Of a stretch of DNA of 64,000 nucleotides, positions 24,833 to 35,945 are shown piece after piece (position 1 is the stretch's first letter; each line of letters opens with the position of its first letter). The translations under genes and the position numbers were made by a program. The stretch comes from Lophium mytilinum (taxonomy: Eukaryota), in the NCBI GenBank assembly GCA_010093605.1, contig MU004190.1:1310961-1374960 (forward strand), in the 5' to 3' direction. Under the pieces are notes generated by a model that saw nothing but the letters and a program-made list of their open reading frames with translations, was not told the origin of the DNA and did no database searches.

Positions 24833-27090
24833 ATGGCTGGAGCTCTTAAAGGGACGGGCTCCCCGCCCATTGTTCGAACTGCATCACCAGCTCCCTTGGC
24901 CCAAGACTTCGTCCGTCAACAGGTTGCCAAACAACAACGCACCAATTTCCACTCTACCTCCCTCAAAACAGCTCCCTTCACCACCATGGTTTCCGCCAGT
25001 GTCAACAAGACCAATCTGCACCCTGCCGGCGTCCAGTGAGTCCAATACCTGCCCACTGCTCTCGTCGAGCTCCAGCTAACCTTCCTCTTCCTTTCAGGCC
25101 GCAGCGGGAGCATACCGAGATCGAAGAAGAGCTCCATGACAAGGCCCACATCGACTACGACCGTGTCGCCATTGTACGCTAGCCCCACCCTTATCACTCC
25201 CTGCTCGAACGGCAGCTAACATCCCTCCCAGGTCGCGAACCCCTCCGTCGCCGCCCTCTATGAAGACGCCCTAGTCTACGAGACCGGCTCCGCCATCACA
25301 TCCTCCGGCGCATTGTCGGCATATTCCGGTGCGAAGACTGGCCGGTCACCCTCAGACAAGCGCATCGTGAAGGAAGAGAGCTCAGAAAATGAGATCTGGT
25401 GGGGCCCGGTCAACAAGCCGATGACGCCCGATGTAAGCTTCCCTCTCTTTCCCTTTCTACTCTCATGGCGGTTGGTCGTGTGCCAGATAGATGGTCCGAC
25501 GTCATACTGGCATCGACCATAACCGAGGATGGTCGTCGGATCGGGATGTCCATGCCATGTGCTGCATGTGGTGTGGCGTTCCCCCGCATTGATTTTCCTG
25601 CATGGGTGCTTTGCTTTTTCCGCCCTATCGCCGCTCACGTGATTCCTCGCGAACATGTACTGATTGCTGTTCCAGGTCTGGAGAATCAACCGAGAACGTG
25701 CCATCGACTACCTAAACACCAGGAATCGCATCTACGTCGTCGATGGCTTTGCCGGCTGGGACGAGCGGTACAGGATCCGGGTCCGAGTTGTCTGCGCCCG
25801 CGCTTATCATGCTCTCTTCATGCGCAACATGCTCATCCGGCCGACGAAGGCTGAGCTCGAGGGCTTCCACCCGGATTACACCATCTACAACGGCGGTGCG
25901 TTCCCGGCTAACAGGTACACCTCTGGTATGACCTCTGCGACCTCAGTTGCCATCAACTTCAAGGACCAAGAGATGGTCATCCTCGGAACTGAGTACGCTG
26001 GTGAGATGAAGAAGGGTGTTTTCACCGTTCTCTTCTACGAGATGCCGGTTAAGCACAACGTCCTTACCCTTCACTCCTCCGCCAACGAGGGCCAGGACGG
26101 CGACGTCACTGTCTTCTTCGGTCTCTCCGGTACTGGCAAGACTACCCTCTCTGCCGACCCCAAGCGTGCCCTCATCGGTGATGACGAGCACTGCTGGAGC
26201 GACAAGGGCGTGTTCAACATCGAGGGAGGCTGCTACGCCAAGACGATTGGTCTGTCCGCAGAGAAGGAGCCCGATATTTTCGGCGCCATCAAGTTCGGCT
26301 CGATCCTGGAGAACGTTGTCTTTGACCCGGAGACCCGTGTTGTTGACTACGACGATGATACTCTGACAGAGAACACTCGTTGCGCCTACCCGATTGAGTA
26401 CATCGAGAACACCAAGATTCCCTGCATCAGCTCAGGCCACCCGAAGAACATCATCCTCTTGACCTGCGACGCTCGCGGTGTGCTTCCTCCCATCTCGAAA
26501 CTAAGCACCGAGCAGACCATGTACCACTTCATCTCTGGATACACCTCCAAGATGGCCGGCACCGAGCAGGGCGTAACAGAACCCACCGCAACCTTCTCGT
26601 CGTGCTTCGCCCAACCCTTCCTGGCCCTACACCCCATGCGCTACGCAAAGATGTTGGCGGAGAAGATCGCCGAGCACGGCTCGAACGCCTGGCTCCTCAA
26701 CACCGGCTGGGTCGGAGCCGGTGCCACCACCGGTGGCAAGCGCTGCCCGCTCAAGTACACTCGTGCCATCCTCGACGCCATCCACTCAGGCGAGCTCGCA
26801 AAGGCCGAGTACGAGACCTACGAGACCTTCAACCTATCCGTGCCAAAGACCTGCCCTAACGTCCCCGACGAGCTGCTCAACCCCGCGAAAGCGTGGAGCG
26901 GCACCACCGACTTCAAGGGCGAGGTCAAGAAGCTGGGCACGCTGTTCATGGAGAACTTCAAGAAGTACGAGGATCAAGCTACGACCGAGGTCATCAAGGC
27001 CGGTCCACATGTGTGTTGCTGCCAAAAAGACTAGATTTGGTCTAAAGCGAAAAAAAGAAGAGGGTTCTAACATTTTTTCAGACCGAGTAA
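24833..27090 (+). CDS. PCK1: Phosphoenolpyruvate carboxykinase (ATP)
   Basis: [22 protein letters not shown]-loop [35 protein letters not shown]. Start uncertain (ATG 24833 or 24986). Stop at 27090 if the last intron is spliced, 27034 if retained. Confidence 0.97.
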
Positions 27091-27575
27091 GCGAGACGTG
27101 GAACGAAACGTGTTCCTTATCTATCCTTTCTGTCCCTTCATACTCTGTGTATATTTGTCGCCGTTTCTTTTAGCGAGTTTTCTGCTTGTGAGAATGGATT
27201 GAGTGATGCGGAGGACCTTGGATCAGGTCCGGGTATTTCTTTAACCTCTTCTTTTCTTTTCTGGGGACCTAGGACGGGTTTCTTGTGTTGGCATTGGGAT
27301 GGGCTGTACCGTAGATTGACCGCGCAAAGCGGGTTTGTTTAAATGGGCTGCATGAATGAACAGATTGAACTACCCTTTTCTCCATTTGTCAATGTGATGA
27401 GTACTATGAAAATCTTATGAGTTGGACTCGCAGTCGCTACATACCCTCGAGCTGTGTTGACAAGTTTTATATGGGCTTGAGACAGAAAGATGAGATGAAT
27501 GAAACAATTCAGCCTCTGCCTACCCCACACAAACTCACCCTGCCACCGCGCCGTATTGATGGTGTTCAGTGATTC

Positions 27576-30500
27576 ATGGATCTCGCGGCGGAGAACCCCT
27601 TCCCGCCAAGCCCGGCGAATACCCCAGCTTCCGTCCGAGCTTCAAATAATGTTGAACTCACCTCCACAAAGAGATGCCAAACATCATGCCCTGCTCAACA
27701 ACAGCCCACCCAATCCACTATGAATGGAGCTAGAGAGACACGACCGGACGGCGATGTCGATGTCCTCCTACCGCAAAATGACCGGCTCCAGCTCCCAACA
27801 CCTGCACTTTCGCCGGTAATACCAGCAAACGGCCACCGCCAGCACCGGGAAGGAGAACGGGAACGGGATACCGAAGATAGTTCTGTGACTTCAGACGATT
27901 CCCACAGCAGGTCTCAAAGCGTCCAGGATGAAGCTGTGCCACTGGATGGCTTGAGAGACTCAAGACTGGGACCCCGGATCCATAGGCAGGGTAGGCGGCG
28001 TAAGAGCAGTGTGGGGAGTGTGGGATCGCCTACTTCGGATAACAATGACAGGGAGAGGGTGCTGAAGCTCTCGCCGGCACAGATACAGGAGCTTACTTCT
28101 TCGCCGACTTCGCTCCCGATTCGAGTGGCTTCGCCTGTACCGGAGGAGGATGCGCCATTGCTGAGTCGGTCGCCTCGTATGGGCGGCAGTGAGAAGTCTC
28201 TTGAAGACAGGGCGGGGTTGAGGATATTTGAGGAAGAGTTGGGGCATAATGAAGACGTCGGAGGAAGCAGTGAGAGTCGAGGGGCTAGTGTCTCGAAGGC
28301 ATCGTCGACTCTTGGAACGCTTGAAGAAGAGACCGGGCATAATGGCGATATGAGCGTCAGTAGCGATAGCCATAGGCCGAGCGTCTCGAAGACACCGGCG
28401 ACGAAGCAGGGAGCAGAAGCAGTAGCGGTCAAATCACCAAACGGCGAAGCTAGGATCGGACGCCCGAGTTTGTCCGCGAGGGCAATATCGACGCCGACCG
28501 TTCTACGGAGGAAACATTCAAGCCAACGGAATTCGGAGCAGCGATCAGGGCGGACGATCCCATCGCCTTTGATACTGGATGAGAAGGGCAATGGACCGCT
28601 TGGGTCTGGGAATCTCAAGACTTCTGCGGTCCCTGATAGTGTTCCGTCACCCATGCCGCCGTCGATGCCTCTCCCGCCATTATCGATACCCACGTACTTG
28701 CAACTAGAACTCTCTTCTGATAGACCCTCGCCACTGTATATCTACCGTCCTTCGAACAGCGATTTCCCGTACGAGTCTTCAGCGATAAAATTTGAGCGTA
28801 TACTTAATTTCCTCTATCTTCCTCCGCAGCTTGAGCAGATCCTTGGCTTTGGCGCATTGGCGTGTTTCGATGCCTGGCTGTATGTATTTACGATTCTGCC
28901 TCTGAGGTTCCTAAAAGCGGTTTGGGTTCTCATTAAGTGGTGGGCGGCTTTATTCGTAAAGGAAATTCGCGATCTAGCGAGCTTTGTGTATTGGGGGACT
29001 GGGCGAGTTTGGCGGAGAAGAAAGCTGCAAAAGCCAGAACCTGCAGCGGCAGGCAATCCGGCGGATGAAGGTCGTAGGTCACGGAGGCCATCGGTATCGA
29101 ACCCCCTGTCTCCAAACTCTGGGACGCCAAGAGAGAATGGGAACATCTCATACAATACCTTCCCCGAGCCGAGGAAATATACTCGCAGTTCGGCATACAG
29201 GCACCGCAGAACAAAGTCTACGCCATCAGCGCTTATGCCAAGTCACAAGGCTGATCTTTTGAAAGGCCTCTTGGTGATTGCGAGTTGTGCGATTTTGATG
29301 CGGTTTGATGCTAGCAAGATGTATCATGGTATTCGCGGGCAAGCTGCGATCAAGCTTTATGTCATCTACAACGTCCTCGAGGTATGAATTGTCCGATCTT
29401 TCTCATCTCTTCGCTCACATTGACAGGTCTGTGACCGCCTATTCTCCGCGCTTGGCCAAGACGTCCTCGAATGTTTGTTCTCCAAAGAGACGCTTGACCG
29501 AAACGCTGACGGTCGGAGCAAAGTTATTAGACCTTTCTATATGTTCATCCTTGCCTTAGCATACAACGTCATCCACGCCACCGCGTTGTTCTACCAGGTC
29601 ATCACGCTCAACGTCGCCGTCAACTCATATTCGAACGCGCTCTTGACGCTACTCATGTCGAATCAGTTCGTCGAGATCAAGGGAACCGTCTTCAAGAAGT
29701 TCGAAAAGGAGAATCTCTTCCAGCTTACGTGCGCAGATGTGGTTGAGCGTTTCCAGCTCTGGCTTATGCTGATGATTATTGCCATGCGCAATATCGTCGA
29801 GGTCGGCGGCTTGAGTATTAGCCTCGGAGATTCAGGATCTTCTAGCAGCGTAGGTAGCAACTCAACCGGCGCACCGACTAGGAGTACAAGTATTATTCCG
29901 CTCAGCTTTACTATTTTTCCGAAGTGGACTGGCCAAGTCTTCGGGCCATTCCTTCTAGTCTTGGGGAGTGAAATGTTGGTTGATTGGGTAAAGCATTCGT
30001 ACATCACCAAGTTCAACAACGTCAAGCCTGCGGTTTACGGCCGTTTCTTAGACGTTCTAGCTAAGGACTACTACTCCAACGTACGTCCATTATCCCTCAA
30101 CCCTCGTCCACAACACTAACAACCCGCAAGGCCTTCGCAGACCAAAACCTAACCAAACGCCTCGGCCTCCCCGTCCTCCCCCTCTCATGCCTCTTCATCC
30201 GCGCCCTCGTGCAAACCTACCACATGTTCCTCGCCACCCATATGCCGCCGCCTCTCCCATCCGCCGCAACCTCCCTCTCCACCGACTCCTCCTCGCCCAC
30301 CTCGCCCGCCACCACCGCCGCTCTCGCCCACATCGACCACATCTTCCGCCGCGCCCTCGGCCGCTCCTCCTTCGGCGCCGGTGGCGCCGCCGACGCCTCC
30401 ACCTCGTTCAACTGGTGGTCTGTCGACGACCTCATCGCGTTCGCGACTATGCTCGTCGTCTTCCTCGTCTGCTACCTCGTGCTGCTCGCGCTGAAGCTGG

Positions 30501-30790
30501 TGCTGGGGATGTGTCTACTGAGTTTTGCGCGCGGCAGGTATAAGGATATGAAAGAGCGGGAGCGGATGGGGGTGGATACGAAGGGGAAGCGTGTTGGGGG
30601 GTGGGGGGTTGTGGAGGTGGAGGAGGAGAAGAGGCGGTGGATTTACGCGGATGATCCCGAGGGGTTGAAGGCGTTGAGGGAGAGGGATGCGAAGGGGCGG
30701 GAGAGGGAGGCGAGGGAGAGGGAGAAGGGGGGTGGGGATGGGCTTGGGGGGGTTAGTCGGTATGCGATGGTTGCGAAGAGGATTTGGTAG
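27576..30790 (+). CDS. TAPT1/EMP65 (DUF747) ER membrane protein
   Basis: DASKMYHGIRGQAAIKLYVIYNVLE, NVAVNSYSNALLTLLMSNQFVEIKGTVFKKFEKENLFQL, DWVKHSYITKFN; two introns. Confidence 0.92.
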
Positions 30791-31394
30791 GTAGCGGGGT
30801 TTGCGGTGGAGTGGTGAAGTAAGTAGGTAGGTGGGTAGTGGAATGCATTCTTCTAAGGATAATGATGGTTGCGGTTGGGACAGTCTTTCAAACTGCCTGA
30901 GCTGTATTTTTGTTCCTTGGTGAGAGCAATCACCCGCCCAGTGCAGTCCACGCAGTTTCTGGAATGACGAGCTGAAGGTAAGTAAGATAGGCAAGAAGCA
31001 AGCCTACCATCCTATCCCTATCTATCACACCAAAAGATAACAGCCCAGGAGCAAAGCACTACCCTCTCCCGAGGGCGTAGCCACCCAGGCGGGATTGCTC
31101 TTTCTCTCTCCGCAACTCTTCAATCCGTCAATCCCTCTCTGGCCAAGAATCCCGACTCCTTAACACAAACTGCTGTGCCCGAGCGAGATCCGTCAAACGA
31201 TGCCACACCCGCCACCCACCTCGCCTCGGAACGACTGCGTAGCCTCCAGCCGCAGCTTTACACTCGATACAACCGACCAACCGCTCTCCTCTACCGGGTT
31301 TCTTGTGTCCCCAAAGCTTTTCGAATCCGTACAGCGGTGCACTGTGAAAGCCGCATGCCGTCTAACGCAAAAAAGAAGAAAAGAAAAAAAAAGA

Positions 31395-31520
31395 AGCAAA
31401 AGGAGAAGTCTGCGCGACTCGAACCCTCGCCAGTGGTTGGCACCAACCGTTCTAGACAAATGTTACCCTGACCAGCAGGGCTTCACTTCCTATCGGGTTA
31501 CCACTGAGCTGATGGTGTGG
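31395..31520 (-). ncRNA. Putative Pol III-type, tRNA-related non-coding RNA (not a canonical tRNA)
   Basis: Minus strand: A-box-like AGCTCAGTGGTA (31510-31499), B box GGTTCGAGTC (31425-31416), T-runs at 31401-31398 and 31392-31384, TATA-like CATATACAAAA upstream. Internal hairpins present, but cloverleaf stems do not pair. Confidence 0.55.
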
Positions 31521-32634
31521 ATCCTTCTAATAATTAGGTGCTGGAAACGTTTTGTATATGAACCCTAAGAAGTGGGGTTTGCGGGGTTGGGGGGTTTGTT
31601 GGGGGGAGGGTTGCTAGGCAGCCACGGCTGGTTTGGTTGAGGTGGGTTTGGTATTTTTGTTTCATTACTGGAGTTGGGGTTTGTTGTTGTTATGGCTCTC
31701 CGCCTCAACAGACCTGGAGTCGGCTCGCGCACGCGGGAGCCGACTCACTGAAGCTAGGTCCGTCTCTTCTGCCGCTTCGTCGTAGGTGCCGGTCCTTGCC
31801 TTTGACAGCGATTCATGTTTATGGGGCACGCTCTCTATTTTCGAATTTTGTTCGCGCTGAAACGCGAAACGCGACGATGTATCTCACTTCTCGCTGTGCT
31901 GCCATCGGAGATGTATCCGCCCACTACAAGCTACTCTTGCATGAACCTCTAGCTCTTCATATTCTCGAAACCGATCAGTTCCCCGCAACCCGCAACGAAT
32001 AGAATCTCGAGTAGTGGGAAAAACCAACTGACAATACCGCTGCTTTGACGCAGGGCGCGCGTAGCGCTAGAAGAGATACCTAGTGCAACAAAGGATAATA
32101 TGTTTGTGGATTCATGATAGCACGTATTTGCTTGCGTGGGGAAATGATAGAAGGGGGAGAAGGGGTGGTGGATAGTTCAGCGGTATCTAAGAGACGGTGT
32201 AGTGGAAGAGCGGATCAATGGAGATCGTACGTGAAGATGAAAGAGATCATTGTTGGTTCGGAGGAGGGGGTTTGATGGGGTGGGTGTTGAGTAAAGCTGC
32301 GTCGGGAACTAACCAGTATCCAACAGAGAAGGTTAGAAGAAACGGTGTTTGCTCTGCGCTAGAAGCTGCTACTACCCGCACGCATGCGCCGGAGAAAGAG
32401 TGTTAGTGTGTTATATTACCCTCTTATCCACCGGGATATGCTTATCTGCTCTTCAACTCTTCATCATCTCCGCCTGTCCAAGCTTGAGCATCCATCCCAT
32501 CTCTACGACCCAGTCGGTCAGCACCTACATACCTCCGCTTCCTCTATCACTCAAACTCACCCCAAGCAGAACCGCCCGAAACTCAAAAACTCAAACCAAT
32601 AACTAAGCCTCCACACCCTACCGCGCGCTTCACA

Positions 32635-32976
32635 ATGGCCATCCCGCTCCCATCACCCGTCATCAACTCATCCAACGCCGTCGCAACTGCAGAAGCAGAG
32701 GCGCTCGGGGATCTCATGGCCAGGATCGACACTATTGGCGAAATTTTCGTAGCTGCTCGACAGCGGCTCCTGCCTACGGACGGGACGGTCGTGCCGCGTG
32801 AAATGGTGGAGGAGGAAATGCCGGTGCTGTTGGAGAGGGCGAGGGAGCTGGTGGCTTTGGTGGAAGAGGTGGCACCGCTGTTGGGGGATGGGGATGAGCA
32901 TGAGGAAGTGGACGGGGATGAGGAAGAGGATGACGAAGAGGATGGGGATGAGGTGGGAGAGGTTACCTTGGTCTGA
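32635..32976 (+). CDS. Small acidic hypothetical protein (113 aa)
   Basis: ATG in cacaATGG context; helical body and D/E-rich tail; no recognised domain. Confidence 0.55.
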   Translation: MAIPLPSPVINSSNAVATAEAEALGDLMARIDTIGEIFVAARQRLLPTDGTVVPREMVEEEMPVLLERARELVALVEEVAPLLGDGDEHEEVDGDEEEDDEEDGDEVGEVTLV

Positions 32977-33404
32977 GGAGGTTGGAGGAAATGGGGGTGG
33001 ATGGTGGTGAGCATCGAAGGCGAATGGGCGATATGAGGGGAGGCGTAGTGCTAGGAAATGTTTGTGCGTTTTGAAGCCTGCATGAGATGAGGTTTATGGC
33101 TTCAAAGGGACATTTTTTAGGACGACGAACGCAATCGAGAGGTCTTGTTTTCTCATGCTAATAGACGTCTTACCTCCTCGTATCAATCACTGCTTTTCAG
33201 GAACGGACCAAACCAAGACACGTGCCTAGACGCTGCTAGCCGTGTAGACCGGTTCGAACACCGGACTCGCAAAAGCTATCATCTTCCAATTCACTGATTC
33301 AGCATATTTAAACCACTGCTCGCTCAAGCCCCTGCTCGCTGACCCACGCACGCTGAAAGCTGGCACACACACCCTTTCATCAAACATACCCTTCGATCAT
33401 CATA

Positions 33405-34207
33405 ATGAAAGGCTTTTTCCAAAAAGCAAAAGACCAGGTTGCCTCCTTGCTGCAAAAAGACCCAAAAGTTCCACCGCCTGTTCCAGCAACGAGGCCATCT
33501 ATCTTCGGAGATGGGACCCAGAAAGACCTGAAAATTCCACCACCGAAGTCGATTCACACTCTGCCATCCACCAACGTAAGTATGTTTTCTCTGACAGCTG
33601 TACCCAAGAGCTAATGCCGAGAAATTAGCAGATGGACCCGCCCTCTCCCTCGGAGGACGCCGACGACACCATCGAAGTCAACCGAGATAGTCTAGAGATG
33701 TTCGGCGAGTTGGCCGCCGGGGAGTGGCTGAGCGAATCTCCCGACGGCGACAATGGTTCCCGCCAAGAGCAGGTGGAGGCTATATTGAGTGAAGCACTCG
33801 AGCGCATTCAACAGCGAATCCCCGACGGCACCATGTTCTCGGTACCCGATCTCGTACAGGAAATCCGAGATGCTATGGGAGAGATAGAGAGCGACCGAGA
33901 AGACGAGGAACACATCCGCGATCTAGAGCAGCAGCTCGAAGCTTCGAAGCAACGCTACAGGTATCTTAAGTTCATGCATGACTGGGATGAGGAGGATATT
34001 CCGAAGGCCAAGGAAGCGGTGGTGAAAGCGAAGAAGGACTACGACGCTGCTCAGGAACTGTTCTTGGAGGAGGAGCGCAAAGAACCCCATGGGGAGAAGA
34101 CTCTTGCCGCCAAGAAGGAGTGTTACGCTGCTTATGACCGATGGATGGAGGGACGCGAGAAGGTTGCGAAGCTTGAAGAGGAGCTCGAGGAGGCTCGGAA
34201 GTGGTAG
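33405..34207 (+). CDS. Hypothetical coiled-coil protein, 2 exons
   Basis: Exon 33405-33575, intron gtaagt..gctaat..ag, then E/K-rich ORF 33632-34207. Confidence 0.65.
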
Positions 34208-34788
34208 GCTATGCTGCTTCTTAAGTACGCAATTTGTAACGTGGCTGTGAAGTGGTACATAAGCTACTAGGCGTCACCGTGGGTTTTGGCTAGAAGGCAC
34301 AGCTACTCGGAGCAGCGAGGTTAAACGGGTCGGTGGATCTGGTCTTGAGGGAAGATGGTACTTCTTGTTTGAGCACAGTTTTGCTAGTGGCGGCACCCCG
34401 AACTCAATGCAATTGAGATAGTGGTGGGTCCGCGAGAGCGCGGAGAGAAGTAATAGTAAAACTCCTACCTACCAGCTGACTCTACTCTAACAAAATGCAA
34501 CTCACCTTATGAATATACAGTTTCTAGATGATCTCGCAGCTACGAGGTCTTGTGGTCTTCCGAAACTCACATCCGGCATCCTTCAAACGTATATCTACTT
34601 GCTCTCGGGTTTGACAAGTGAAGCAGCAGACAAACTTGAGAGTCACAAGGTGCTGTCCGTGTGCTTAGATACTACAAACCTGTAGTAAAATGCGTATATC
34701 TACCTTCTAGTCCCCGAACGTGGAGACGCTCTTCTTGTCACCAATATCTTCACCAGAGCTTTCTATCCGACTATCGAAGAGGAGAAAC

Positions 34789-35142
34789 ATGGCTCCAAAG
34801 ATCGACAACGAACAACGGAACCAGGAACTGAGGCAGCAACAGAATTCAGACCTTATCGAGATCGCACTAGACAAAATAAAGAGTGCTCGAAAACAGATCG
34901 CTGATGAGTACGAGATCATTCGGGGAGCATCAGGTTCCATGGAGACTTACCTCGGTTGGCGAATTCATGAAATGAAAAGCACTGTTCAGGCCGAGGCTCA
35001 GGCCGTTATTTCTGTGGCAGAGGCAATGGCAAAGGAGCACGATGAAGATGGAATACCTGACTTTGTGGAGACCATGGCGCAATTGAGGGACTTGGCGGGG
35101 AAGCTGAAGTACGTGAGCACATCTAGGGTTGCTCTGGGTTGA
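34789..35142 (+). CDS. Small helical hypothetical protein
   Basis: aaacATGG start; open charged helical ORF; no domain recognised. Confidence 0.5.
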   Translation: MAPKIDNEQRNQELRQQQNSDLIEIALDKIKSARKQIADEYEIIRGASGSMETYLGWRIHEMKSTVQAEAQAVISVAEAMAKEHDEDGIPDFVETMAQLRDLAGKLKYVSTSRVALG

Positions 35143-35520
35143 GGGATCTATACTGTTCTTCTTGGTAGACGGGTGTGAGGGGAAATGGGCTACGGAATGG
35201 AGTGCTGGGGTTTCATCGCGTTTCTTTTGTGACTAGTAGCGAGTAGGTGTTCTGAGAATCACAAGGTACTGTGAACAGAAAAAATGCGATGCTCTTGCGC
35301 ATGCGAGGAGATGATGATCAGTATGCTCGTGCGCGACGCCTTTACTCATCGGGCGACCCCTTTTAACGCCTCAATTGACTTGAGATAACGATAACACACG
35401 ACGCTCAATAGTTGAAACCCTCTACTCTATACAAGATCAATCTTCTACGGTTCACAATCACCAGAGATCTCCTTGAAATACAGCTCTTACACCGTGCTCA
35501 TCCTTCTTCGCAAGTTCCCG

Positions 35521-35934
35521 ATGTCGACAAGTCGATATAACCTGCGGCCCCGCTCGGCACCAGTTGAGAAAACACAGGAACTCCCAGAGAAGGTGAGCAT
35601 ACTATCAGCTCCTACACTCGATGCCAGCTAAGGCGCGTAGCTTCCGCCATTCATGGGCGAAGAGTCGGAGGAAGAATGGCAGCAGAGAGTTGCATGGTAC
35701 AATCGAGAAATCGCACTCAACAAGAAAATCATGGCGGCGAATCGACGAGAACTGAAACGAATCATTACGAACTTCATTTATACTGAATCTAGCTACAAGA
35801 CCGCTGCTGAGAAGGATCGAGCCGTTCGGCATCTGATGAGTCTCGTCGGTAGCAAGCAATCTTCTCGTAAGGGCAAGACAAGTGCAAGAGGCGCTAAGAA
35901 GAAGATCGCGCGTCGGAAAAGCTCGATGGGCTAG
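35521..35934 (+). CDS. Small basic hypothetical protein, 2 exons
   Basis: MSTSRYNLRPRSAPVEKTQELPEK, intron 35593-35640 (gtgagc..gctaag..tag), then LPPFMGEE... in frame; K/R-rich C-terminus. Confidence 0.55.
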
Positions 35935-35945
35935 TTGTTCGGGTG

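Noticed and set aside
31395..31520. Functional canonical, selenocysteine or suppressor tRNA that would explain the in-frame stops in this window
   Set aside because: No paired anticodon stem, no TCA anticodon, and the CTA triplet is not in a proper loop; acceptor and T stems are non-canonical. No link to the stops can be supported.
33249..33264. CCGG-TTCGAACA-CCGG, T-arm/B-box-like hairpin
   Set aside because: No A box, cloverleaf or terminator nearby; likely chance or an isolated TFIIIC site.
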